A stretch of DNA of 64,000 nt, taken from NCBI GenBank assembly GCA_963840455.1, contig CAWIYV010000007.1:256001-320000 (forward strand), read 5' to 3'. Within the stretch, counting starts at the first letter, position 1. Every line of letters begins with the position of its first letter. The stretch comes from Nitrospirota bacterium (lineage in GTDB: Bacteria; Nitrospirota; UBA9217). The position numbers were made by a program, and so were the translations under genes. Below, one piece after another: positions 45,541 to 55,900 of this stretch. The notes beneath the pieces were generated by a model. That model was given only the letters and a program-made list of their open reading frames with translations. It ran no database searches and was not told the origin of the DNA.

Positions 45541-47281
45541 GACCACCTCAAGGCTTCTGCCCAAGACATCACTGCCGGACCAGGAGCGGGAGGAAGGGGC
45601 TCCCGGCGTTTCGCGAAAGTCCCGCCTGCTGATCTACTCACTGTCCCTGTTCACGTCGCTCCTTCTGGCCTTCATCCTCCTTCCCCGCGTTCCGCATCTG
45701 AAGACCGGCGATATCGCACCCAAGAACATCACCGCGCCGGCTACCCTGTACGTCGAGTATGAGGGGCCGGATCAGACGCTGCTCTTCGCCCGCGTCAACC
45801 GCGGCGAGGTGATCGCCGAAGCGGGAAAGAGAATAACGGACAGGTCGGCGGCGATCCTTGCCGAAATTGCCAGGCGTGAGGGCATCGGGAACCGGTTGTA
45901 CGCGTATGCGGGCCTGACGCTCCTCATCCTGCTCGTATTCTACCTGTTCTACCGCGACGTCAAGCGGTACCGGCCCGCTCTTGCCGGTGACCGACGGAAG
46001 ATCATCCTGCTGGCGTTCCTGCTCGTCGTCACGATCATTGTATCCCAGTTCTCCCGGACCATCATGCTGCTCATTGCCGACGCCTTCGCGCTCGATGCCG
46101 CCACCGTCGGTTTCGCCCTCCCCGTGGCATCAGGGGCCATGCTGGTGAGCCTGCTCTTGGATTTTCATCTGGCGCTGGCGTTCTCCTTCATCGTGAGCCT
46201 GCTGATGGGCATGGTTTTTCCGGGCGACCCGTTCATGCCGCTCTTCTATTTCACTACCAGCATCATGGCTGCCCTGCATGTCATCCGGTGCAAGAAGCGG
46301 ACGGCCGTGATCCGGGCAGGGGGCATGACCGCGCTCGTGAGCTTCGTCGCCATCATCGGCATCGATCTCTATCACGGCCAGTTGGTGGGCCGGGGCCTCT
46401 TCGACCTGGGCGCAGGTCTCCTCGGCGCGGCCCTGACGGCGACCATCGTCACCGTGACCCTGCCGTTCTTCGAGGCCGTGTTCGATATCGCCACGGATAT
46501 CAAGCTCCTGGAGCTGATGGACCCGAACCAGCCGCTCCTCAAGGAACTGGTGTACAAGAGCCCGGGGACGTACCACCATAGCATCGTCATCGGCAACCTG
46601 GCAGAGGCCGCGGCCGAGGCGGTCAACGAGAATCCGCTCCTGGCGAGGGTGGGGTCCTATTACCACGACATCGGAAAGGTGCAGAAACCCGAGTACTTCA
46701 TCGAGAACCAGAGGGTAGATGAGAACAAGCATGACCGTCTGAGCCCCTCGATGAGCAGCCTTATCATCACATCCCATGTCAAGGAAGGTGCGGAAATGGC
46801 GAAGCAGCAGAAGCTGCCTTCGGCAATTGTGGACATCATCCGGCAGCACCACGGGAATTCCCTGATCACCTATTTCTACCAGAAGGCCAAAGAGCTCCAG
46901 CCCGTCGGGCCGGTAGCCGAGCAGGATTTCCGCTATCCCGGACCCCGCCCGCGGACCAAGGTCGCCGCGATCGTCATGCTGGCCGATGCGGTCGAAGCCG
47001 CCTCGCGCACGCTTGTGGAACCTACGCCGCAGCGCATCCAGAGCCTTACCAACAGCGTCATTACCCGGATATTCCTCGACGACCAGCTCAGCATGTGCGA
47101 CCTCACGCTCAAGGACCTGCGGGAGATCTCGAAAAGCTTCAACATGATCCTGAACGGGATCTTCCATCACCGCATCGATTATCCCGGCGTGGAGTTCTCC
47201 GGAGCGAAAAAGCGCAGTGACCATCCTGATAAAAAGCACCCTGAAGAAGCAAAACCCGCCGGCAGCACGCATACGGGCTAG
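45524..47281 (+). CDS. 7TM-HDIG phosphohydrolase (PgpH-like)
   Basis: Multiple TM helices, [29 protein letters not shown]. Confidence 0.9.
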   Translation: MASRDETTSRLLPKTSLPDQEREEGAPGVSRKSRLLIYSLSLFTSLLLAFILLPRVPHLKTGDIAPKNITAPATLYVEYEGPDQTLLFARVNRGEVIAEAGKRITDRSAAILAEIARREGIGNRLYAYAGLTLLILLVFYLFYRDVKRYRPALAGDRRKIILLAFLLVVTIIVSQFSRTIMLLIADAFALDAATVGFALPVASGAMLVSLLLDFHLALAFSFIVSLLMGMVFPGDPFMPLFYFTTSIMAALHVIRCKKRTAVIRAGGMTALVSFVAIIGIDLYHGQLVGRGLFDLGAGLLGAALTATIVTVTLPFFEAVFDIATDIKLLELMDPNQPLLKELVYKSPGTYHHSIVIGNLAEAAAEAVNENPLLARVGSYYHDIGKVQKPEYFIENQRVDENKHDRLSPSMSSLIITSHVKEGAEMAKQQKLPSAIVDIIRQHHGNSLITYFYQKAKELQPVGPVAEQDFRYPGPRPRTKVAAIVMLADAVEAASRTLVEPTPQRIQSLTNSVITRIFLDDQLSMCDLTLKDLREISKSFNMILNGIFHHRIDYPGVEFSGAKKRSDHPDKKHPEEAKPAGSTHTG

Positions 47282-47654
47282 CCTGCGGATGCTCATGGGC
47301 TCCGAACGGCTGCCCGATGCTGAGGTGAGCGTTCTGCTGATTGGCGACGGGGCCATGCGCACGCTCAACAGGCGATATCGGGGCAAGGACCGGACCACCG
47401 ACGTGCTCTCGTTCCCGCTGAGAGAAGGAACGTTTTCCGGCGTCCAACACCAACTTCTGGGGGATATCGTTATTTCCGTTCCAGCCGCGGCGCGTCAGGC
47501 GAAGGCAGCCGGTGAAACACTGCTCGATGAGATCGACCGGCTGCTGGTGCACGGCTTCCTGCATCTGCTGGGGTACGACCACGAGCGCGGCGGGGCTGAG
47601 GCTCGGCGGATGGAGGCACGCGAACGCCGCCTGCGGGAGACGCTCAAACGGTGA
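47217..47654 (+). CDS. ybeY: rRNA maturation endoribonuclease YbeY
   Basis: [25 protein letters not shown]. Confidence 0.95.
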   Translation: MTILIKSTLKKQNPPAARIRASLRMLMGSERLPDAEVSVLLIGDGAMRTLNRRYRGKDRTTDVLSFPLREGTFSGVQHQLLGDIVISVPAAARQAKAAGETLLDEIDRLLVHGFLHLLGYDHERGGAEARRMEARERRLRETLKR

Positions 47655-48352
47655 AACCCAAACGCTGGCTGGACAAGGCGAACGTCGCCATCGAAGGCAT
47701 CATCTACTCCGTCAAAACGCAACGTCACATGCGGTATCACCTGGTTGCGGCGCTCGGCGTTCTCCTGGCGGGCCTTTTAGTAAATATCTCGCGGACCGAC
47801 TTCATCCTGCTGTCCATGGCAATCGTCCTGGTCCTGGTCGCCGAAATGCTGAACACGGCCCTCGAAGTTGCCGTCGATATGATCGCCGAGGATTATCATC
47901 CGAAGGCGAAGATCGCCAAAGACATCGCCGCCGGAGTCGTTCTCGTAGCCTCCGTCGGGGCGCTGATCCTGGCCTATCTGATCCTGTATCCTGCACTTCG
48001 CGAAGCATGGCAACAGGGACTCTGTCATCTTCGGAAGGCGCCCCATGACGTCATCGCCTTTGTGTCCCTCGCTGTCGTCGTCATTGCGGTGGTCTTCATC
48101 AAGGCCGTTCTGGGCAAAGGCGAACCGCTCCGGGGAGGGATGCCGAGCGGTCACGCGGCGGTATCGTTCTCGATATGGGTCGCGACCATCTACCTTTCCG
48201 ACTCGTTGCCTATCGTCGCGCTCACGTTCATTCTTGCAGCGATGGTGAGCTGGAGCAGATGGTCATCCGGTGTTCACCAGCCTCGGGAAGTGGTGATCGG
48301 CGCGTCTCTGGGAGCGGGCGTTACGTTTTTGCTGTTCCTGCTGTTCGGTTAA
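47651..48352 (+). CDS. Diacylglycerol/undecaprenol kinase fused to PAP2 phosphatase
   Basis: EMLNTALE...AKDIAAG (DgkA) and MPSGH...SR...H (PAP2). Confidence 0.88.
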   Translation: MKPKRWLDKANVAIEGIIYSVKTQRHMRYHLVAALGVLLAGLLVNISRTDFILLSMAIVLVLVAEMLNTALEVAVDMIAEDYHPKAKIAKDIAAGVVLVASVGALILAYLILYPALREAWQQGLCHLRKAPHDVIAFVSLAVVVIAVVFIKAVLGKGEPLRGGMPSGHAAVSFSIWVATIYLSDSLPIVALTFILAAMVSWSRWSSGVHQPREVVIGASLGAGVTFLLFLLFG

Positions 48353-48391
48353 GAGCGCCGAAGATTGACTCATGGAATATTTCGGACCGTG

Positions 48392-48506
48392 TTGAATCTT
48401 TCTGGAGCAAAATGCAGGGAATCTTCGGTCCTCAGGACAGTACGTTCGTCCTGATCGCCCGCTAACCCCCAGCAAGCTGCAGGAATGCACCCGATCCTGG
48501 AGTCAA
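48392..48506 (+). mobile_element. Degenerate copy of palindromic element
   Basis: TTGAA...GCAGGGAATCTTCGGTCCTCAGG...CGCTAACCCCCAGCAAGCTGCAGGAATGC...TCCTGGAGTCAA. Confidence 0.65.
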
Positions 48507-48551
48507 GCAGAGACCGGTTCTTGATCGTGATCCTCGGGTAAGGAGTTAACG

Positions 48552-48905
48552 GTGCTGGACCAGATCCTTGATGAATTGATCACGTCGGTTCGAGGCGCTT
48601 CTGCGGCCATATTTGTGGATGGCGACGGCGAGGCCATCGTCCAGGCAGGGGAGACAAAGAAGGACATCAAGCTCCTGGGTGCATGGAAGGAGATCCACCT
48701 TGATCGGATCAAGGAAATCACGGGCAGCCTCGGGCTTGGATCAGTGAAGGCCGTCCTCTTCTCGCTTGATGAAGGCAATGAACTGATCGTCCCTGTGGAC
48801 CCTGACTACTGCCTGATACTATTCATGTCGTCCTATGCCGATATCCTGCATGCTATGACCGAACTGGATAAAGCCATCGTCCTCGTAAAGAAGGACATAG
48901 CATGA
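48552..48905 (+). CDS. Roadblock/LC7-like small protein
   Basis: V.GA.AAIFVDGDGEAI N-terminal pattern; RBS AAGGAG, GTG start. Confidence 0.65.
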   Translation: MLDQILDELITSVRGASAAIFVDGDGEAIVQAGETKKDIKLLGAWKEIHLDRIKEITGSLGLGSVKAVLFSLDEGNELIVPVDPDYCLILFMSSYADILHAMTELDKAIVLVKKDIA

Positions 48906-49424
48906 CGGCTGAAAGGCTTGGCGCCTGCGGCTTGACCAGGATTGATGCGGAAAACCGTGATTAAAACAAACCCGGACTAGCCGGGATCAAAGGTGTCTTT
49001 CGCAGCAAGCGGAGAACGCAGAGGTAAATCAAAGCCTTTAAGTCTTGGTGTTTAATACGAGATATTTTTAAGCTTTTCTCTGTGCACTTTGCGCCTCGCT
49101 TAGAAGCGCCTACTCTTGGCTGTGGAAAAATATGCTTTCCTTCTTGAGAAGAATTTGATTCTTTAATGACTAACCCGCACAAGCCTTAACTAAGACTCTT
49201 AGACAGGATTACGACCGCAGGCCAAAGACAACATCATCAATTGGATCGCTCGCTTTGCAATAGCCAGTCAATCCTATTATCCTGTCAAATTCTGACCTGT
49301 ATGAACGTATTATCCAGGTTGAGCGTTAAAGATACGGTGAATAAGGCCGTGAAGACAGATGAAGTGTCTGTGTAGCGGAAAGGGTGATCGAGGAGTCCTG
49401 CTTACATTGTTCGGCCTGCCCCTG

Positions 49425-50402
49425 CTATATCTCGTCAAAGGTGCCGATCCGGCGCAATCTCTCGTAACGCTGTTTGATCAGTTCGTCGATCGGGACATTC
49501 CTGATCTCTGCAAGGTTTCTGACCACCGCTTCCTTCAGGAGCTCCGCGGCCCGCCTCGGATCGCGATGGGCACCGCCGACAGGCTCTTCCACGACCTCAT
49601 CGATAACCTTCATCTGGAACAGGTCCTGGGCTGTGATCTTGAGCAGCTCGGCAGCCTCACTGGCCTTTGCGCCGTTGTTCCAAAGGATCGCGGCACAGCC
49701 TTCGGGCGAGATGACAGAATAGGTGGAGTGTTCCAGCATCAGGATGCGGTCCGCAACGCCTAAGGCCAGCGCACCTCCGCTTCCGCCCTCGCCGATGACC
49801 ACTGCCATGATGGGGGTCTTGAGCTGGGACATGACCGACAGGTTCCGGGCAATTGATTCACCCTGTCCCCGTTCTTCGGCGCCGATCCCGGGATAGGCGC
49901 CCGGCGTATCAATGAACGTGAGGAGGGGCTTGTTGAACCTTTCGGCATACCGCATGAGGCGAAGCGCTTTGCGGTACCCCTCCGGGTTCGGCATGCCGAA
50001 GTTGCGGAAGATCTTTTCCTTGGTTGTCCGGCCTTTCTGGTGGCCGATGACCACCAGCGGCATTCCCTCGAGCTTCGCCATGCCGGCAGCGATGGCGGGA
50101 TCATCAGCAAAGGCCCGGTCGCCGTGCATCTCAAGGAAGTCGGTCAGCATAGCCTCGATGTAGTCAAGGGTATACGGGCGGTTGGGGTGGCGGGATATCT
50201 GCGCCTTTTGCCAAGGAGTGATGCGGGAGTATATCTCGGCCCTGAGCTGGTCGGACTTCTTATGGAGCTTGAGGATCTCTTCCTCGAGGTCGATGTTCCC
50301 ATTGGAGGTGAAGAGGGTCAGTTCCTCGATCTTTTTCTCCAGCTCGGCGATGGGTTTTTCAAAATCCAGATATTCCTGTGGCAAATCCTGCTCCTGATGC
50401 AT
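49425..50402 (-). CDS. accA: Acetyl-CoA carboxylase carboxyltransferase alpha subunit
   Basis: [45 protein letters not shown]. Confidence 0.97.
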   Translation of the reverse strand: MHQEQDLPQEYLDFEKPIAELEKKIEELTLFTSNGNIDLEEEILKLHKKSDQLRAEIYSRITPWQKAQISRHPNRPYTLDYIEAMLTDFLEMHGDRAFADDPAIAAGMAKLEGMPLVVIGHQKGRTTKEKIFRNFGMPNPEGYRKALRLMRYAERFNKPLLTFIDTPGAYPGIGAEERGQGESIARNLSVMSQLKTPIMAVVIGEGGSGGALALGVADRILMLEHSTYSVISPEGCAAILWNNGAKASEAAELLKITAQDLFQMKVIDEVVEEPVGGAHRDPRRAAELLKEAVVRNLAEIRNVPIDELIKQRYERLRRIGTFDEI

Positions 50403-50646
50403 CGAATAGCGTATGAGGCAAAATACCGGAGCGGTTTCCCGGCTCCGGTATCGATTAAGTGTCTTTATTATCTGATATTGAAGGGTCAAAGTCAAGGATG
50501 TTTTGGGAACGTGAACTAAAAGAGGGAATAAATTCGATGGTCTTCTCCCACCGGACAGCAACGTGCTAGTTCCTGGAAGGTCTTTGTGCGGACAGCAACA
50601 GCGAAGGGATGATTGGAGGAACTAACCGTAGTGAAGATGTTGCAAG

Positions 50647-50699
50647 TGGTGCCGCTGACCGGGGTCGAACCGGTACGGGGATTTCCCACCCGAGGGATT
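50647..50699 (-). repeat. Displaced 3' half of tRNA-Leu (distal att site)
   Basis: TGGTGCCGCTGACCGGGGTCGAACCGGTACG identical to the tRNA 3' end, then a different variable arm, then CGAGGGATT. Confidence 0.88.
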
Positions 50700-50852
50700 G
50701 AGAGTCGAATGAACGCCTTTAAATTGCTTGTTACTCTACGATTTCAAAAAAAAATCGTTGCCAGTGCTTGGCAGATAGAGTTAGATGGAGACCTGTGGAA
50801 AACCTATCTTGACGGGCACAAAATAGGCACGTGTAAAAAGATAAAGTATATT

Positions 50853-50880
50853 AGGGCCTGGGAGACTAGGCCCTTTTTTT
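50853..50880 (+). terminator. Intrinsic terminator
   Basis: AGGGCCTGG-GAGA-CTAGGCCCT-TTTTTTT. Confidence 0.7.
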
Positions 50881-51537
50881 ATCCGCTGTTTCTGTCCGCT
50901 ATTGACATAGGCACTGCATAATCTTAAATGACGAGAACGTTAACTTGACCATCGGTGGTTCCGAAACAATAGCGATCTGACTCCGGGGGCGTTATGGGTC
51001 TGTGGCTCATGAAGAAAGTGGAACTCACTAAATGCATCAGTGTCCACGAGACGCATCACGAATGATGCAAAGCTTAATGACCAGGTCAAAGAACAAAGAA
51101 TTTTGGTCATAATTGTTATTAACATACCCTAATAATACCCCGAAATTGACGTTGACACAGTTTTAGTAATGTGATAATTTTTGTTACTTACTGCGTACTG
51201 CTTGCTAACCACTATTCTCTACATCTTCTATTCCGATTTTTTTCTATAAATCGCAGTGAACGGTGTTGCGTTTGTTGTTGCGGATGAATGCAATAATATT
51301 TATTGCTGCTCCTATCATTTCTGTCTGTATTTATTTCAAGACATTCGATACATGCTTATTTATGCATGAAGAGGCGAGATCGAGATGATGTTCATGATAA
51401 GCCAAAGTGCCGAAGAAACTGTGTCCATCACTACGGAGCATGGTAACGTGTCCGAGCCGGCACAGTATTTCTTAGTGATCACTTGCGGTTTGTTCTTCTG
51501 ATCTATCACATGACTTTTTCTCATGGGAGATAATTCT

Positions 51538-52278
51538 ATGCAATCAAGTACGCCTCTATCACACAACGACGCTGCCATCCTTCTTCAATTGCTTAACAGG
51601 AGCGCTGCCTGCACTGATGAAAAAGATTTTCACCATCTCATGTGCGGAATGAAAGCGCTCATCCCCTATGAGAATGCGTTTGCCGTGCTCGGCAGGAGGG
51701 GGCATCTGGGGGATATGGCGTATCACGCCGTAGTGATCAGCTGCCCTATAAGGGGACAGGAAGGGACTCTTGGCTCGTGCGATCATCATGATGCTGTCAT
51801 GCAGAAGAAGTTTGCTCAATTTCCCGTGCGCCATTGGAAGGATATCTGCCATAGTGATCGACACCAGAAAAATATCGTATCGATATCGTACGATGCGGAG
51901 AGAAACTATGGCTTTACCCACGAGGCAAACGATCCGGACGGGATGCAGGGGAGCATGCTCTCTTTGTCAGGGCGGAGCGTGAAGCGAACCAAACGGACAG
52001 AAAGCATTTTGTCATTGGCCGTTCCACACCTACACTACGCCCTTGCGCGCGCTCTCCGGCGGAGCCACAGCACAAAGCACAGACTTTCCCCCAAGGAAAA
52101 AGAGGTGATCAATTGGTTGAAACAGGGGAAGAGCACCTGGGACATATCAACGCTTCAACGTATCAGCGAGCGGACCGTGAAATTCCACATAGCGAATATC
52201 ATCCAGAAACTCAATGCATCAAACAGGGCCCATGCCGTGACGATCGCGATCGAGCAGGGGATCGATACTATCATGTAA
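51538..52278 (+). CDS. LuxR-family regulator (degenerate autoinducer-binding domain + HTH), solo
   Basis: C-terminal LSPKEKEVINWLKQGKSTWDIS..ISERTVKFH..NI..KLNASNRAHAV; N-terminal domain of LuxR length. Alternative start 51523. Confidence 0.88.
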   Translation: MQSSTPLSHNDAAILLQLLNRSAACTDEKDFHHLMCGMKALIPYENAFAVLGRRGHLGDMAYHAVVISCPIRGQEGTLGSCDHHDAVMQKKFAQFPVRHWKDICHSDRHQKNIVSISYDAERNYGFTHEANDPDGMQGSMLSLSGRSVKRTKRTESILSLAVPHLHYALARALRRSHSTKHRLSPKEKEVINWLKQGKSTWDISTLQRISERTVKFHIANIIQKLNASNRAHAVTIAIEQGIDTIM

Positions 52279-52386
52279 TATGCGGCCTTGTTTGTCTTAA
52301 CCAGCAGATTTCTCCCTCCAGAACTCCCGCGTATCGACTGCTAGAAACAAAATCCTGACAAAAAAAAATAGTGCTACAAAAATGCA

Positions 52387-52432
52387 ACCTGTACTTTCGG
52401 ACAGGTGACAGGACTTAACGATTCATGATACT
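52387..52432 (+). promoter_or_regulatory. lux box with class II promoter
   Basis: ACCTGTACTTTCGGACAGGT (52387-52406) matches 16/20 of the Vibrio fischeri lux box ACCTGTAGGATCGTACAGGT; -10-like GATACT at 52427-52432. Confidence 0.75.
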
Positions 52433-52925
52433 TTTAGGCAAGTTCCCTTTGCGAAGATCATCTAGAAATAGGACTAAATAATAGCAAATTCCATTGGCTG
52501 CATGGACTTTCAATCGTAGAGACTGTCATTTTTATATATTACGAATTCTATAGCGAAGCGCAATGTCCAATTCTTCACTCAGTACAATAATCGAGGACAG
52601 ATCTTTGTACGGTGTCACATTATTTATGGTCAAGAAAGTGGTTTTTTCACGGGAGAACTGAAATATTCACCGAGAATCCTATAACCAACTTGAGGCGAAT
52701 AATCAGATAATCAAAAGAAATATAAGGATAATTAGTACTAATACTTTAATAGTATATATCTTGCACGTTCAGGTATAAATCATCCAAGTCGCTTTTAACA
52801 GTCTTAAGGAACAGCATCATTGCATCACGAATATTCATGTTTTTGGTGGTCGCGCATAATATTCGTGCAGCAACAAGGCTCCTTGCCCTGCAGGCGAAGC
52901 AGATAATTGATGAAAGGGGATTACT

Positions 52926-55900
52926 ATGGAAGAGTCGGTCGCGCGGGGTAGAACGAGGGGGAAGGATCCTATAAAACGGTTCAGGGCAACGGCATGGAGA
53001 AAGTCATTGCTTCCAGTTATGGTGCTGGCCATCGCTCTGCTTATAGTTGGTAAGCCGGCATCGGCTGAGATCACGATGTCGTTCACACAGCCTGCTTTAG
53101 CAACGGGATTTTACCATACCGTGGCTCTGAAAAGTGACGGGACAATAATGGCCTGGGGCTATGACTATTATGGTCAGACCACAGTTCCAGCCGGCCTCAC
53201 CGGTGTTACCGCTGTAGCTGCAGGTGCGTACCATACGGTAGCTTTGAAAAATGACGGGACAGTGGTGGCCTGGGGTTGGAATAATTACGGTCAGAGTACA
53301 GTGCCTGCATTCCTTTCCGGTGTTACAGCAATAGCTGCTGGTGCCTATCATACCGTGGCTCTGAAGAGCGACGGGACCGTCTTGGCCTGGGGCAGGAACC
53401 AAAATGGTGAGAGCACCGTCCCTGCTGGTTTATCCGGCGTTATCGCAATATCAGCAGCAGGGTATCATACGTTGGTCCTGAAGAGTGATGGGACCGTCGT
53501 GGGATGGGGTTATAACGTAAACGGTGAGAGCACCGTGCCTGCGGATCTCACGGGTGTTACCGCTATCGCAGCAGGGGGGTATCATTCGGTCGCCCTGAAG
53601 ACCGATGGGACTATTGTCACCTGGGGCAGGAACGTGGAGGGTCAGTGCACCGTGCCTGCAGGCCTTACCGGTGTTGTCGCTATTGCCGCAGGAACGAATC
53701 ATACGACAGTTCTGAAAAGCGATGGTACCGTCATGGTCTGGGGTGATAATACTTACGGAGAGACCTCTGTGCCAGCGGATCTCACCGGTGTTACCGCTCT
53801 TGTGGCAGGAAAAGAGCATACTGTGGCACTGAAGAGCGACGGGACAGCGGTGGCCTGGGGTAGGAACACGTACGGCGAGTGCACCGTGCCTGCTGGCCTT
53901 AACCTTATAACGAGATACCGCGTAACGGCAAACACACCGGCCATAGCAGCAGGAGATAGTCATACCGTAGCATTAAAAAGCGACGGGACAGTGGTCGCCT
54001 GGGGCAGGAACCAATATGGTGAGAGCACCGTGCCTGAAGGGCTTTCCGGTATTACTGCAGTGGCAGCAGGAGGGTCTCATACCGTGGCCCTGAAGAGCGA
54101 TGGCACCGTGGCGGCCTGGGGAAACAATGACCAAGGTCAGACCACCGTGCCAGCGGGCCTGATCGATGTTGCCTACATTGCAGCAGGTGGGTCTCATACC
54201 GTGGCTCTGAAGAGCGACGGGACCGTCGCGGCCTGGGGCGATAACACTTACGGCGAGAGCGCCGTGCCTATTGGCCTTAGCGGTGTTACCGCAATAGCGG
54301 CAGGGGCGCATCATACCTCAGCCCTGAAGAGCGATGGCAACGTGGTCGCCTGGGGCGATAACACTTACGGCCAGAGCGCCGTGCCCATTAGCCTTAGCGA
54401 TGTTACCGCAATAGCGGCAGGGGCGCATCATACCACGGCCCTGAAAAGCGACGGCACCGTGGTCGCCTGGGGCGATAACCTATATGGCGAGAGCGCCGTG
54501 CCTGAGGCCCTCTCAGGAGTCATTGCTATATCCGCGGGAGGGTTTCATACCGTGGCCTTGAAAAGCGACGGAACCATGGTGACCTGGGGCGGCAATGATG
54601 AAGGTCAGACCACCGTTCCGGTCGGCCTGACCGGTGTAGTTTACATAGGAGCAGGAGGGTTTCATACCGTGGCCCTGAAGAGCGACGGGACCGTGGCGGC
54701 CTGGGGCAGCAATAATCAAGGTCAGACCACCGTTCCAGCGCGTCTTAACCTTGGCTCCGGCCGTATCTCCTGTATCCCAGCCTCGGTGGGCTACAACTCG
54801 AGTTCAGCATGCATGATAATGCCGGGTATAGGGTATCAGGTCATAGACGTAAAAGCTGGACCGACCGGAGGAGTCATGAGCTCAGTAGGCGCGGGCACAT
54901 CCTACACCATAGGCAACATCACTGCTGACATGTTTATAGCGGCAACATTCGGAGCGAATCCGATGTCAGATACCACTCCGCCAACAACAACAGCATCGCC
55001 CGCAGAAGGAATGTTTAGCGTTGCCCAGAGCATAACGTTGAGCTGCAATGACGGCAGTGGAAGCGGCTGTAACTCTACTTACTATTGCCTCGGCCCCGGT
55101 TGTACCCCCGCAACTTTATACCGTGGGGATTTTACAATAGCAAACTCCACTAATCTGAGGTTCGCCTCTATTGATAATGCCGGGAACGCCGAAACCATAA
55201 GAACGCTGACATTCACCATTACCATGGTCAATCCCACATTGAGTGCCACAGCCGGACCAAACGGCAGCATCACCCCGTCTGGCACCTTGACCGTCCCCTC
55301 AGGGGGGAATGGAGCATTCACCGTCACGCCGAATGCAGGGTACCGCGTATCTGACGTTCTGATTGACGGGGTGTCAGTAGGCGCGCTGGCCTCGTACACG
55401 TTCTCCAACGTCCAGACGGACCACACGATCAGCGCGGCCTTTACCTTGGATGTCTATACCGTCACGGCAACAGCCGAAGTCAACGGTAGCATCACGCCTT
55501 CGGGCACGACAACGATGAACAAAGGGGGCAGCCTCACCTACACGATCATCCCGGATGCGGGGTACGATGTGCAAAGCGTGATTGTTGATGGCGCAACCAA
55601 GGGTGCAATCACCAGCCACACCTTTGCGAACATCACGGCGAACCACACTATCACCGCCTACTTCAAGGTGAAGACCTTCACCATCACGGCCAGCGCGAGA
55701 ACAGGGGGGAGCATAACATGGCCCTTGGGCGTTACCACTTTTAACATTGGTGCCAGCCAGACCTACACCGTCACGCCCACGGCAGGGTACCATGTCACTG
55801 ACGTCCAGGTTGACGGGGTGTCAGTCGGCGCGGTGACCACGTATACCTTTACGAACATCACGAGCGACCACACCATTGCGGCGACGTTTGGATTGAATCC

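Noticed and set aside
50647-50705. Extra functional tRNA genes at 50647 and 58137
   Set aside because: No 5' half (acceptor 5' strand, D arm) is present.
50613-50921. ORFs sharing the peptide VPLTGVEPVR (also 58028-58225)
   Set aside because: The similarity comes from the antisense tRNA fragments, not from a protein family.
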